NCBI GenBank assembly: GCA_002633005.1
Contig: NMRA01000194.1
Coordinates: 247,522-311,521, forward strand
DNA from: Phoronis australis
Taxonomy: Eukaryota; Animalia; Phoronida
Length of the DNA stretch: 64,000 nt
Direction of reading: 5' to 3'
Under the pieces are notes generated by a model. It ran no database searches. It was not told the DNA's origin and saw nothing but the letters and a program-made list of their open reading frames with translations. Shown here piece by piece: positions 38,930-51,497 of this stretch. The first letter of the stretch is position 1. Each line of letters opens with the position of its first letter. The translations under genes were made by a program, and so were the position numbers.

Positions 38930-39560
38930 GCCTTTTGTCAGTCAGTTAATGATTCGATCATTTCACTGACTGAGGAAGTATTATGGTATCTATTGAGGGC
39001 AAATCTTGCAACTCGTCGCTGCACCATTTCAATCTTGTGAGACGGCTTTTGTGTGAGATGACCACGGCATACTGTTACTCTAGTTTTGGTCAGACTAGAG
39101 CGGCATAAGCTATAGTCTTTCATTTTCTGAGGAGTGTGACGAATGTTTCGTCTACGAAAGCCAATACCTTTAATGGCGAAAGCAGCGGTTGTAGGCCTAT
39201 CAATATTAGAATTTCAGGTGAATTGATAGTAACGCCAAGACTGATATTTGGAATCAGGCAGAGGTGACAGGAGTGGGCTATGGAGGAATTAGTCTCGGAA
39301 TATACGTTCCTTTTCCGATGCACGTGAAGGATATATCACTCTTCGGTGAAATGAACTGCATATTCACACTGATTCCCAATCAGCAAGTTTTTAGTATCCT
39401 GTAGGAGTGAGATGCAGACTTCTTGCTTTCAGATGAACTGGTAAAGTACGCGGTCTGATCTTCAAAGAGGCAGATATGGGAAGATATGTTTTGAGGCAGG
39501 TCATTAAAGAGGAGGAAGAGGATTGGTCCTAGGACAGACCCCTGAGGAACGTCAGGGAGC
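38930..39560 (-). pseudogene. Decayed LINE reverse transcriptase (CR1/L2/Jockey-group-like), C-terminal part
   Basis: VPQGSVLGPILFLLFNDLPQNISSHICLFED (PQG and LFADD motifs), and downstream KIEMVQRRVARF...SVSEMIESL. Confidence 0.85.
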
Positions 39561-39958
39561 ACAGAGGAGGTGCCAGGTGGTCCAAGGGCAGGCCCCTGAG
39601 GAACCTCAGGGAGCACAGGGGAGGTGTCAGGTGAAGGACAGGTACCTGAGGAACTTCAGGGAGCACAGGGGAGGTGCCACGTAGTCCAAGGACAGAAACC
39701 TGAAGAACTTCAGGGAGCACAGGGGAGGTACCAGGTGGTCCAAGGACAGACACCTGAGTAAACTCAGGCAGCACAAGGGAGGTGCCAGGTGGTCCAAGGA
39801 CAGACCCCTGAGGAACCTCAGGGAGCACAAGGGAGGTGCCAGGTGGTCCAAGGACAGACCCCGGCCTGAGTAATCTCAGGGAGCACAGGGGAGGTGCCAG
39901 GTGGTCCAAGGACAGACCCTGAGGAACCTCAGGGAGCACAGGGGAGGTGCCAGGTAGT
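39525..39958. repeat. 54-bp minisatellite, about 8 copies, derived from the RT PQG motif
   Basis: Unit gagcacaggggaggtgccaggtggtccaaggacagacccctgaggaacctcagg; minus strand encodes TSPVLPEVPQGSVLGPPG. Confidence 0.9.
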
Positions 39959-40616
39959 TCTGTTGTTAAGAAAGGAGACAATCTAATTCTTTATAACGCC
40001 GCGAACTCCAAGGAAACCAATTTTGTTAACAAGTCTAGAATGAGAGAATGTTTGTCATTCATGAGCGACTTGACAACTGTTTTTAACAATCGCTCTGTTT
40101 GAAAGTTCCCGCTTTTCATAGCAAGCCAATGAACAAATGACCAGTAACGTGATATGAAATATTTCCAGAACACAAGTTTGCATACTTAGCTAGATTCTGA
40201 TGTGTTTGGGATTTTGTCGAAATATTTTGTGGAAAACCAACCTTGCGGCCCAAGCCTAATCGTCTCCACAAAACATTTCGATAGGCAAAACACATTAGAC
40301 TCCACCACGCCTTAAGCAACAGTAAATTGAATATCTGGAAAGACAAATAATAAGACCAATGTTACCTGGAATATTGTGGAGAAAGTAGACAATGGGTAAA
40401 AAGTTTTGTTTTAATCAGCAGAACAATCGCGTGCCAGAATTTTTGATTTAGTATTTTTGTTTAGTAATTTATCGACCGTTAATGTTAGAATTCACACCAT
40501 ATTCTGTTTTAAAGTGCTGAAGAATAAACGAGCTATACTGAAAACGAGAACAGACATTTGTTTCTTGAATTAAACATGTATATTTTGATGTTCCAATGTT
40601 TGATTATCATTCAAAC

Positions 40617-41472
40617 ATAGGCGTAGGAACCGGGGGCGGGAGGGGGTGACGAGCGCCCCCTCAACCAAAATGTTGAGGGCGAAGTTTTTCGACCCCTAAT
40701 ATTCCAGTTGTTAATAAGAATAAATTAATTAACAACTAATTATTAAAAGTTTTGACACGCAAGCTTTGTTTTAAAACAAAATTGGAAATTTAACAGACCT
40801 CTCCCTCCAACCATTAAATGTTTCCTAATCCAATGTCAAAACACTATCAAAACAGTTACAGAAAGTATGTGGAAATATTGTTGGTTAAAAGTAGGGGGAA
40901 CTAAGCAAAACACAAAACGGACCTTAGGCCTTAAAGCTTCAGACTCAATTTTAAGAATTTCGACACGGAGAGCACGTACCCTGCTACTTTTGAAGATACA
41001 CAAAGTGATTAATTTTAGGCTCCTGCTTAGAAAGGAAGAGATCTCCGCCAGCAGCTTGGCCTGGCCCGCCTGGCTCTCTTGGATTCAACCGCAGCTTGGC
41101 CTGCCTGACATCTGCCGCCTTATGTCGGTCACGTCCATCAGGTTCATCTGGGGGCTAAGGGGGGGCTATAGTACAGTGGCCGACCTAGGATACCATAAAG
41201 GGGGGCCAACATGTTGCCTCGGGGAATTGGGCAAAGGTCGATTATATGTGCACAGGCAGCCCGAAAGTTTGCGGGGCCAAGGATGTGGACTTTCTGTTCG
41301 GAAAATCTATCTGTGAACAAAAAACAGGAGCACGACCCCGCCCCGATTTGGGATCTGAGCCCCCCTCCCTGGTCCGCTACCGGTCCTAGTTGCTGGGCTT
41401 TCTTTTTCTTCACGCTGTTTCTGTTTCATTTTGCGTCCGGCAGCGCTTCTTCCCCCCCTAAATCCGCCTATG
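40617..41472. mobile_element. Cluster of hAT-like MITE ends and fragments
   Basis: cataggcgta.. (40617), cagtggccgacctagg (41174), cctggtccgctac (41368) and aaatccgcctatg (41460), all with G/C runs. Similar ends near 33335-33490, 42390, 45290 and 46932-47084. Confidence 0.55.
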
Positions 41473-42127
41473 TAGTATTAGTCACACACTTTTTACACAG
41501 TTATTTACAAATCGGTGAAAACGAAATAAATCATTTACCATTTATATCTCTTAAAATAAAAAATCTTTACACCAAAAAATGTTCAAAAAAATGTAGACGC
41601 TTTTGCTTGCCAGACGGGCACTAGAAAATATGTCTCGGTAAGCAATGATTTCGCGGATAGCCCTTCAGAGAAAAGATCGCTCATTTCTCTCTTCCCGTGT
41701 CAAACTGGCATAGTTGGCACGAACAAGTGACGTGTTGTGCAAACGTCTGGAGTGGTCCAGCAAATAAAGAGGCACGGTTGCACGCATCTGGTGAAGCAAG
41801 CAGTGGTGTGTTTGTGAGGATGTTCTACATTCATTCCCTGTTGGCTTGTAAAGAGTGCGAAGCGTCAAGGAAATTAGATTTTATAAATCAGCAGTGCCAA
41901 ACATGCACGAATACTCTCGGTGACAATTCAAGGACGAACAGAGAAGGTGAGCTGACTAGAAATACGGGAAGTCGAGATCATGTTTTTATAAGTTGCCTTA
42001 AGAATTTACAGATTACATCCCCGTCTCACCCCCATCACCTGCAGACAGCTCATTGTGTTCCCAAGGGACTAAACCAAATCTGGTGGAAATAATTATATGC
42101 GCACTACTTTCTCACAAACAGTTACCA

Positions 42128-42330
42128 AGGTACCTAAACAACACGGTCAACGGACTCATAAACACGGGCACGGACGCATGAACACGACTCACGCTGCAAA
42201 CACCGTTCACTGACTCACAAACACGGGAACGGACTCACAAAACACGATCCACGCACCCAAATACACGGGACACGGACTATTCACGAGGAAACACGGTTAA
42301 CGGACCGCCAAACACGGGTCACGGACTCAT
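42128..42330 (+). repeat. Interspersed repeat made of (aaacacggg.cacggactc) subunits; inverted copy at 52273-52464; degenerate copies at 136-240 and 830-950
   Basis: Direct reverse-complement match between 42128-42312 and 52273-52464. Confidence 0.85.
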
Positions 42331-43919
42331 CGGCTTCCTGGGTCAGCTAACATCTTCATTTTGTCCGTAAACCGTGTTTTCATGGGATAACATGGGCGGA
42401 TCCAGGATTCTGAGTTGGGGGGGCAGAGCACAGGAATAACCAGAATTTCGCCTCATGCGCGCGCACAGCCTAAAATGTAGGGGGTCTCCAATTTTTTAGG
42501 TTTGTGGCTCTTATTACTGAAAAAACGGGATAATATCAATGAGTAACGTGCGTGAAGTAATGTTCCGATCAAAGACGAACGGTATTCAATATAGGAAAGT
42601 TAAAAATCAATCTCAAGAAAATATTATGATGCGCCTTTCATGCCTTGGACGCTTTTTCCGCGGTTTTATTATGTCAAATTTAAGAATGCGCAAGGTCGGC
42701 CAGGTACACTAATTCACGGATACCGCCTTCTTTGTTAACTGGTGCGCGCAGTTTTTGCCTGGTATGACATGTCATCAGGCTTCTAAGATTATTGAAACCA
42801 AATAGAACCATTTTAGATTCATGAAAGCAAATGAGAGGAATGCTTTGATTACAAATATTCAAAGCAAACAGTAATAACTAAAGCTTTGCAAATTAAACAC
42901 AAACAATTTTTCCAGTGAATGTTTGCCTAAAATGACCATTGGTATAAAAATATGACAGTTTAGAAGCTTAGAATTTTTATAACTGTGATGCTGATTGTTT
43001 TTACTGGGGTCTGAATATAATGTCACCATGTTCACACAGTAGCTTGTACACCTTCGCCGCGGCTCGACCACGGTTTCACGCAAGCAGTCGTGACCGGCCA
43101 CTGGTCAGTGCTGCATGGTAACACTCAACTTTACGAGTCCGTGATTTCAGAATAACAGGCGTTACTCAATGGAAGTAACTGGTTCTGAAATCAAGAATCA
43201 ATCCGGGACCCGTAAATTAATTAAATCTTATGTTATCCAGTTGCCACCCTTGCTAGTCATTGTCGTGCCACGGTATGATCCTGCTTGCTGTCAATTTGTC
43301 CGTCTTTTTGTCACTTCTACGTTCTCTTCCGCTATATACCACCACTCGGGATCATTGATTGTCAGCACAGTGTCACTCTTGTAGTTCGTGTGGCCGAAAC
43401 TTTCCTACACGTATGTAACAGAGTTTGTCGTTTCGCCCAGCGTGTCGTGCTTTGCATGGGTGGAAGGCAAACTGGGATAACCAATTCTGTTGTATAGTTT
43501 ATGAATTGAAAGTTATATTTAATCACAAAACCTGGTTTTTTCAATTTGACATTCGTTTTGAGCAACTGCCGAACGGACCGTGGCGGGAAAGGGCAGGAGG
43601 TCAAAAAATAAAATTTAGAGCAATATGTATCCTATTGTGACACTTAATCAAATCTTGAAGAACAGTTGACTTTCAAACCAAAGCGAAATTCAAAATTAAT
43701 TTCGACTACTTTTTATTAGTGTGTGTGGTCAACTGAATGGGCATTTCACTGTGAAATAATTAAAACATTCCTAATACTTTTAAAGTTGCCTTTTATAGCA
43801 ACGTATATCAAAAATTTATCGAAGTTAAATTTCCAATGAACACAATTAAAAGTCTACTTAGCAATCCAGTAAACTCTGTATACTTTGACACGGTACTTTC
43901 CCTTAAAAGTGGTCAAACG

Positions 43920-45210
43920 GTGTAATTTTACCTATATTTAAAACTTGTAATTCACCAGAACCTGGAGATTACAGAGGTATAACACTGCTGAATGTTATAA
44001 GCAAAATTTTTACATCGTTCTTGAACAAAAGATTAACACCCTGGGTGTATGAAAAGAAATAATAGGAAGAACAAGCTGGTTTCATATATAAATATTCAAG
44101 GATGGTTAACATTTTTATTCTGAACATCTTGATTGAAAAATGTTTATCAAGACAAAAATTAAAACCATTTCTTGGGCTTACGTCAACTTGAGCAAGGCAT
44201 TTGATTCGATAAACAGAACAAACTTGTTTTATACTAATTATGTATCAAAATGTTTGATTTGACTGCTGTTACGAATTCTACTGTATTTAACTAAAAATAT
44301 TAAAATAAACACTAAATTAAAAAACACATCAAACTTTTCAGTGGAAGACAGACAATCACATTATTGTTATCTCTGTATATAAATGAACTCGCTAGTGAAG
44401 TCAAAACTGGACAAGGATGTGGTACTCAAGTTGACCCTGCCATTGAAAATGTCTGTTTGTTACTATGTGCCGACAATGTTACACCAGATGGCAGCTCTAT
44501 CGCTAGAAAAAATATTTAAAATGGAATATGTATGTAAGCATCCAGATGTCAAAAACGATAGCTGTTTTCTAGAAAGGTGGACAATGAATAAGGACAGAAG
44601 TAATGGTATTGCAGGGGTGTTGAGTTGAAGACATGCAGTTACTATAAATACTTTGGGATTGTATTTTCTTGTAGTTTAAGTTGGACAACATGCTGCAGGA
44701 CACTGTCACAAAAGTTAGCAAAGCACTGAATTTGATGAAACATTTTCTGTGTCCTATGGAACAGAAATGTAGGGTACTAGCCATAGAAAAGAAATTGAAA
44801 ATGTTCAAACGAAATTTTACAAATGGTTTCTGTCTACTAGTATTAAGACGACCAACATCAAGGCAAAGGGATAGTGTGGTCGTCACGATTTATCTTTTTC
44901 TTATATTGTGGACCTATAAAATATTTTTGAAAACATTGAAAACGCAAAATGATAGACTTCTTAAGCAATGTTTTTTGATGTTATATGAAAGGCAATTACA
45001 AGGTCAACTAAATGGTGTTGTATGCTAATGGTTTCAGTGATGCATGGTTGATTTAGGGATTCGGTGATGAACAATATTTTTGTCGGAATTCAAACCAAGT
45101 CTGAGAGATGTTAACTTTCAAAGTTGGTTGTCGTAAGTAGAAAATACAAATAAGGGCGCATTTTACAGAGGACTTAAGTTTGAACTGTCTTGTGAAAAGT
45201 ATTGATGTAG
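43920..45210 (+). pseudogene. Heavily decayed LINE ORF2 (RT N-terminal motifs plus downstream region)
   Basis: PGDYRGITLLNVISKIFTSFLNKRL, EEQAGF, NIFILNILIEK and VNLSKAFDSINR at about 43960-44220, with many stops and frameshifts. 3' extent approximate. Confidence 0.8.
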
Positions 45211-45837
45211 GGAGAAGGCGGGGTTACGTACCCCCCCACTCTCCTGCGACCTGGCAGCAGACCGGCTGTACTTAACTGAGCTTGCCCTCCTGGATCCGGC
45301 ACTAGGTGTCGCCGAAGTCCTCACCCTACCACAAACCACAAAATAGAACACTTTCGATGAACAGATGAAACCTAGTTCAAATCACTCTATTAAATCATTC
45401 TGTTTTTCTAAGAATATTGGGGCCCTTTCCACATAAAATTGTTGCGTGTTTTGTATGTCCATTACCAGCTATTCTAATGAACTGGTGACCGCAGCCGGCA
45501 AATCGTAGTCTCGAAAAATGTCTGCCTCCAGAGTTTAACGCAAATTTGAACTTACACATCATCGTGGAACAATCCCCAGTCCTTTGGCAAGGAATGTTTT
45601 CAACAAGAGACAAAATCATAATGATTACATGGTGGGTATCCTCACATTTGGATGAAAGTCCCGAGTACATTAGTGCGGCCTGAATATTCAGTTCTTCTTG
45701 TCAAACTACAGATGGATATAGTTATATTTACAAACAATAAAGTGCTTGCCGATAGGTCAGAAATAATCAATTTTTGAAGCAAGATTTCAAATCTCAACCT
45801 CCTCGTTTCCAAGAAATAGACCTACTCTGCATTAAAT

Positions 45838-46790
45838 GAGGCTCGCTACGATAGCTCTGTTAGCTTTTCGGCATACTTGTATTTCGCGCTGTTCGAACGG
45901 TTAGAAAAAATACGGACACTCAACTGTCTGCTTTACAATCCATAAGGACGTCGTTGCCATTCGCCGCGACGAAGGAAAATATGTCCGTGTAAAATTTATA
46001 AATGTTTTCGAAAAGTTAGAATATATTTTGTCGCATCTCGATAGCCAAGCGTCATAGCAACGACCAGAGAATCTTCGGCCAGCCAGGCTGTGTTTTCATG
46101 ACTACATGATGCATTTTTCTTTCCAAAAAGGACAGGGCCCTCAATTCCTCGATTTTGGAGCCGAATATCGGCCCTATTTCTCCCTCAAAAATATTGAAAA
46201 ATCACGCGAAATTCCCCCCACGAGGCCTAAAAATTCCTGTAGTGATTAAAAATTTCTCTCTTGCAAATCACCTGTAACCACACAGGTGACAATTTGAAAG
46301 AGCACAAAATGCTAGTTTAAATTGAGACAGATCCTATGAGAGCTCGCAACAGGGCGGGGGTGCTATTGATGGTGATCGGGAGGTAGATTTTTTTCCTCAC
46401 GCGGCGAAAAAAATCCCCTTTCAGAAGGCACAGGCACCTTTCCCCTCGGATGAACGAGGCTCCTGGAGAAACATAATAACTATAATTGCACTGTCCAGTT
46501 AACTGAAATTGAGTTCAAAAACGAGGTTATGCTTTGGACGAACACTGAACTCGAATTAGGTGTTTTAATTTTAAAATTCAACTTGCTGCAGATTGATATT
46601 TGAAACCTAACACATTAAATATACGTGAGAATTTTTAAAACCAAGATAGCAGAATTGATGGTCAAATAATATTTATTTTCAATTACGAGCCTGGTTTTTA
46701 TTTTAATAAAAAATATATTTAATATCATCAATTATTCTTTCAGATCAATGACAAATCAACTGTTAGTCCCGGTATAGTCCCTACCTCACC
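45838..46790 (+). repeat. About 950-bp interspersed repeat; direct second copy at 54209-55120
   Basis: Both begin gaggct..ctacgatagctctg and end aaatcaact.ttagtcccgg..tagtccctac, collinear throughout. Family unknown. Confidence 0.85.
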
Positions 46791-47395
46791 AGGATCAGGC
46801 TATGCCAAAATAAACCCAAGCCCGTAGGAAGGCAAAAATTATTTCGACATCGCCAAATAACTCTCCCATCGCCACCACCTCCGCTACCTCCCCCCACCCT
46901 ATTTGTACCGAATCTCCCACGTGGGGAGGCACAGTGGCGGATTTAGGGGACCAAGAGGCCATGACCCTCCGAAAATTCTCCAAGATACCATTTGTCAGTT
47001 TGGAGGTGCCAATTTCAGACTGGTAATACCCTTGCTAATACTCTGCCCTGCACCCCTCAACTCAAAAACCTGGATCCGCCTGTGTGACGGCAATCCCGGG
47101 GATCCAACCATGAGTAAGACTGAGTTGAGTAACCGTGAACCAACAAGAAGAGTAAGAATAGGCCAAGGACCAGTACACTGACCTATAGCGAGGAGCTGCC
47201 TAAAGTAGCTATAGCTGATATCTAACAGTGTGAAAATACGAAATTCCCGATGAACTAAAGCTAGTTGCTGGTCAGCTCAGCTGTGATTCACTTGAGACAG
47301 GCAGCGTCTGCACTCGTTCTAAGGTCAAGATTCGTTTTATTGTGATCCAGTTTTGCGAAAACTTTGTTTTATTATGGTCATTCTTTGAAAGAGAT

Positions 47396-48075
47396 TTTTT
47401 TATATGCGCTAACTGCGAAGCGATACCGAAGCTAGTTTACAGTGAAACAACACGTGTAGTTGAGATAAAAAGTCATATATATTATGACAAACTAAACTAC
47501 TACAGATATCAGTAATTACAAAAGTAATATAACATGTTGAACTGTAAAGGTGGGTGACAATCTGCCTCCAATGAAGGTATACACAAGTGGTGAATAGTAA
47601 GTTAAGAAACAATATGCGGAAGAATAACAGCAACACCGGGCAGCGACATGTGAAATTTGAGGATAACAGAGAAAGAATGAAAATTGGTTTGAGGGAGGGA
47701 GGGAAAGAGAAATTGAGTGAAAAATGAAAGTTGGAGAGAATTGTGGACGATGGCCCAGTGTTGCGACAAGGCAAAGAGATCACGTGGTACAATTGAACCA
47801 ATAATCGTAAAACAAAGAGGGTCACTGACCTGAGAATCCAAACAATATGATAACGAGGACGACGCAGTATAGCTTACATAAAATGATTTAATACTTAAAT
47901 AGTTTTTATATGCGCTAACTGCGAAGCGATACCGAAGCTAGTTTACAGTGAAACAACACGTGTAGTTGAGATAAAAGGTCATATATATTATGACAAACTA
48001 AACTACTACAGATATCAGTAATTACAAAAGTAATATAACATGTTGAACTGTAAAGGTGGGTGACAAGCTGCCACA
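47396..48075 (+). repeat. About 170-bp near-identical direct repeat (47396-47570 and 47904-48075)
   Basis: ttttatatgcgctaactgcgaagcgatacc...ggtgggtgacaa occurs twice; the second copy abuts the hAT-like element. Confidence 0.9.
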
Positions 48076-48088
48076 GATGCAGCATTTT

Positions 48089-49761
48089 CAGTGGCGGATC
48101 TACGGGGGGGTTCAGGGGGTTTAAACCCCCCCTCGGGCCAGGACCCAAAAATTAAAAAAAAACAAAACAAAAGCGTATCCAGCAAAACAAAAACGGCACC
48201 GCCAGCGTGTGTAAACCCCAAGTAAACCGACTTGGAAAAAATTGAGGGGGGGATTCACTCTGAAAATATAGTTTTTTGCACTGTGAATTGCTGAGTTGTG
48301 GCTCATCGGCAAAACGCGCGGGGATTAATTGTGCGCGCGCTTCCGTCGACACTTCTGAAGTAGCCAAGCATTTTAGATGGATTCACCGCTGAAAGAGCCG
48401 TTCTATAGCTGATTTCTTTTGGTAACTAGGTTCTTTACTCTAAGATATATTTTGATTTGATTAAGGGAAATACTGCGGTGCCGCAACCCTGATATTCAGG
48501 CGAATTGACGGGCAACGTTTTTACCTCATCTGTCATGCCGCGTCGTTCTATTACACTCCACACGTTTGTAACTGATGTATAGTTAAGTTGTCTCGCGCAA
48601 TATCATACAGTGTACATGTAATATTGTGTACACGTACATGTAATATTTTTGAAAAAAATTCTTTTTCCGAAGAATTGCTATTGTGGCGGGAGCTGTGGTT
48701 TGGTCGCGAGTCCGTTTGAAGACACACTCTATAACAAGTTATGTCTGACAAGGGGGCACTCACATTGAGAAAGTGACCGCATTCGCTAAAAGTGTACAGT
48801 ACCAGAAATTGCGGGGAGGCTGTTCTTTCACAACAAAGTCTTGCGGGACTCGTGCGATGTTCAATAGGCCTCCTAAGGAGCCCTAGTTCCGACCTCAACG
48901 CCTACCGTCTGTCTACCTGCAATAAGCACCCTGCCGTCTTCTATACTGGGAATTTTCGCACAAAGGCTCACCCGATGAAACGCTCATGCCCATGGGCAAT
49001 TATTTGATATTAGTACTTCGGGTTTCAAGCGTTCAGACATTGGNGTTTTGGTTTCGTGAAACTGTTTTCAGATGATTTGTTTCCTGATAGATTTGACGTT
49101 TTTCAATTGTTGTCAACGTGATTCAGCTTAATAAAGTGATACCTAATGATTTATTGTCGCTTTTAATAATAGACTATGAGTTGAGAACACCATCGTTCGC
49201 CAGTTTTTCTCGTAACGAGACAGAACACATGTTTATTTCCGGACTAACAGTACAGGTCTTCGTTCTTAAACAACTTGAGGCTGTTGTTACGCGATCATCT
49301 GATATTCAAGTTTTTACGCCCCGTCGGTGCTCCTTAATTATGCTCTTGAATATTTGGAAATTGTCTAAACCCCTGTATACACACCACACTTTTTCGTATA
49401 CGACTTTTCGTATGCTAAAAAACGTGTGTGTAAGCAGATGTTCCAACAAAAATTTTTGCTGGTGGCGTGACTCATACCCAGATGTGCACAATATGGTTTC
49501 ACGAAACTTATGAGTCAAGTTCATGTGACGAAATCGAGAAGGGTTTTTAATTATCTTAAAAAAAACCCAGAGACATGTTAAGTGTCAGAAACTGACCAGG
49601 ACGCATGGAAATTTCACTGTTTGGCTACAAAAACAAAAAAATATCTTACACGGGAGGGGAAACCCCCTGCCGACCTCCCCCCGCTCGGCGCCACGCGCCT
49701 AGGATTCGACCTTGGCGGGAATCCTAAACCCCCCCTTCCTGAAAACGTAGATCCGCCACTG
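48089..49761 (-). mobile_element. hAT-like element, copy 2 (inverted relative to copy 1)
   Basis: Perfect 16-bp TIR CAGTGGCGGATCTACG ... CGTAGATCCGCCACTG. No TSD visible. N join at 49044. Confidence 0.85.
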
Positions 49762-51497
49762 TTGACAACCTCCCTGACACCACTTCCTCCGTTTTCATAA
49801 AAACTCCTCAAAGGCGCTTCCAATCTGCGCCCTTCTTCTGACGCACGCATGCCCATTACTTCAATTTTGCTTCCCGCTTGTTTGACGCCTGCCCTTCTGC
49901 ACTCGGCTCTTTTGCCGACTCCGTTCTCGCACGTGCTATGTTCGTCCTAGCCTTCCATGCCTTCCTAAGAGTCGGTGAATTCACAGTCACCTCCGCTCTC
50001 CTCCCACGTCATACAGGTCAGCGACGTCGTCTCCCCCCTCCTCTGGCGATTCTGTGGTCATCACTATGCGTACCTTCAAGCACAGCTCGGGACCAGTCTC
50101 ACTTACGATTCCGTCCAGCCAATCTCCTCATTGCCCAGTAGCTGCCCTAACCTTGTACTTGTCCACTTTTCAGCCCTCTCCTGGCCCCTTGTTCCAACAC
50201 CTCAGTGGATCACCGGTTACACGTTCCTGCTTCACCGCCATGTTACATGTAACTAAAGTGGTTTCATTTGTAGGACTCGACACCAAGTCTTATACGTCAC
50301 ATAGCTTTCGCCACCCGTGGCGTCCCTGAACCGGTGATCCAGTGCATGGGGCGCCGGAAATCTGACGCACTAAAAAACTACATTCGCATGTCTGCTTTTT
50401 CCTCTTCCCCAGGCTTCCTGAACTCCTGGTGAGCCTGTTGTTGCAGCTCCCCATTTCTCTTACTTTGCTTTTCAGCCCCTCCCACTCCTCTGGGTCTGTG
50501 GTTTCAGTCCTCTAGATCAGGTCTGTTGTTGCAGCGGACCTCCTCCCGTTCGCAGGTCTGTTGTTGCAGGCTTCAATTTCTAGTCATTAGTTCTAGTTGC
50601 CTTTACTTCCATTGATTCTTGCATTTTGCTTAGCGGTTCTTTATAATCTTGTTTTTTAGACTTTTGTATTCTAGTTTTCTGTTATACCGTTATTAGTACC
50701 TATATTTTATCATAGTCTAACCTTGTTATTGCCCGGGTTCCGCTTCCTCGGATGGGCGATGTCAGCATTCCCGTGCTGCCATTATGGCGTTTCGTCCATG
50801 CCCATCTTGCAGTCTTAGTTAGTTTTATCTATTTACGTAATAATAAATGGCATTATTCGCAATCCTCCTCTTGTTTTACTCTGCAACATAGCTCGTGGCG
50901 TATCCCGAGCAAAATAGATTACGATAAATTAAATTTAACTTGTTAAATGCATTTATCGTCATTATTTTGACATTTGTCTCCTTATTTTGATACCAACCGT
51001 TTGGGTTTATTTTGCGTTACTCATCTCTATTTATAGCCTCAAGGGCCCACTTTTGTATTCATACATTTCTCTATGCGACACCTGATTGGTCGCCCATATT
51101 TGCTTTGTTCAGTTCAACGTGGTCTCTCTCACTCAGCCACCTACCTCGTCGTCTACAAGACCTACGTTCGTTCTCTGCATTTTTCCCCACCACCCATCCC
51201 GGGTGTCGGTTCCACTTTCTCTTTTCTCATATACATTTCCTGTTAGATGTTTTCAAATTTTGTGTTCATGTTCTGTACTTTTCCTTTAAGCCCTTCGGGC
51301 AGTTCTTTTGTTTTGTTCCCTCTTTCAGGGCTATTCATTGTACACGCCGGTGGGCGTTTTGTGCATGCCCATCTTGCAGAGTCTTAGTTAGTTTTATCTA
51401 TTTACGTCATAATAAATGACATTATTCGCAATCCTCCTCTTGTTTTACTCTGCAACATAGCTCGTGGCGTACCCCGGGCAAAATAGATTACGATAAA
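49762..51497 (+). mobile_element. 3' portion of an Ngaro/PAT-like YR retrotransposon with split direct repeats
   Basis: YR remnant followed by two about 143-bp direct repeats (50786-50928 and 51353-51497, containing AATAAA) separated by about 425 bp. Confidence 0.7.
49775..50395 (+). pseudogene. Frameshifted tyrosine recombinase of a DIRS-order retroelement
   Basis: KLLKG...DARMPIT / AMFVLAFHAFLRVGEF / HCPVAAL..YL...GPLF / YTSHSFR / IQCMGRRKSDALKNYIR. The catalytic R, HxxR and Y positions are recognisable. Confidence 0.9.
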
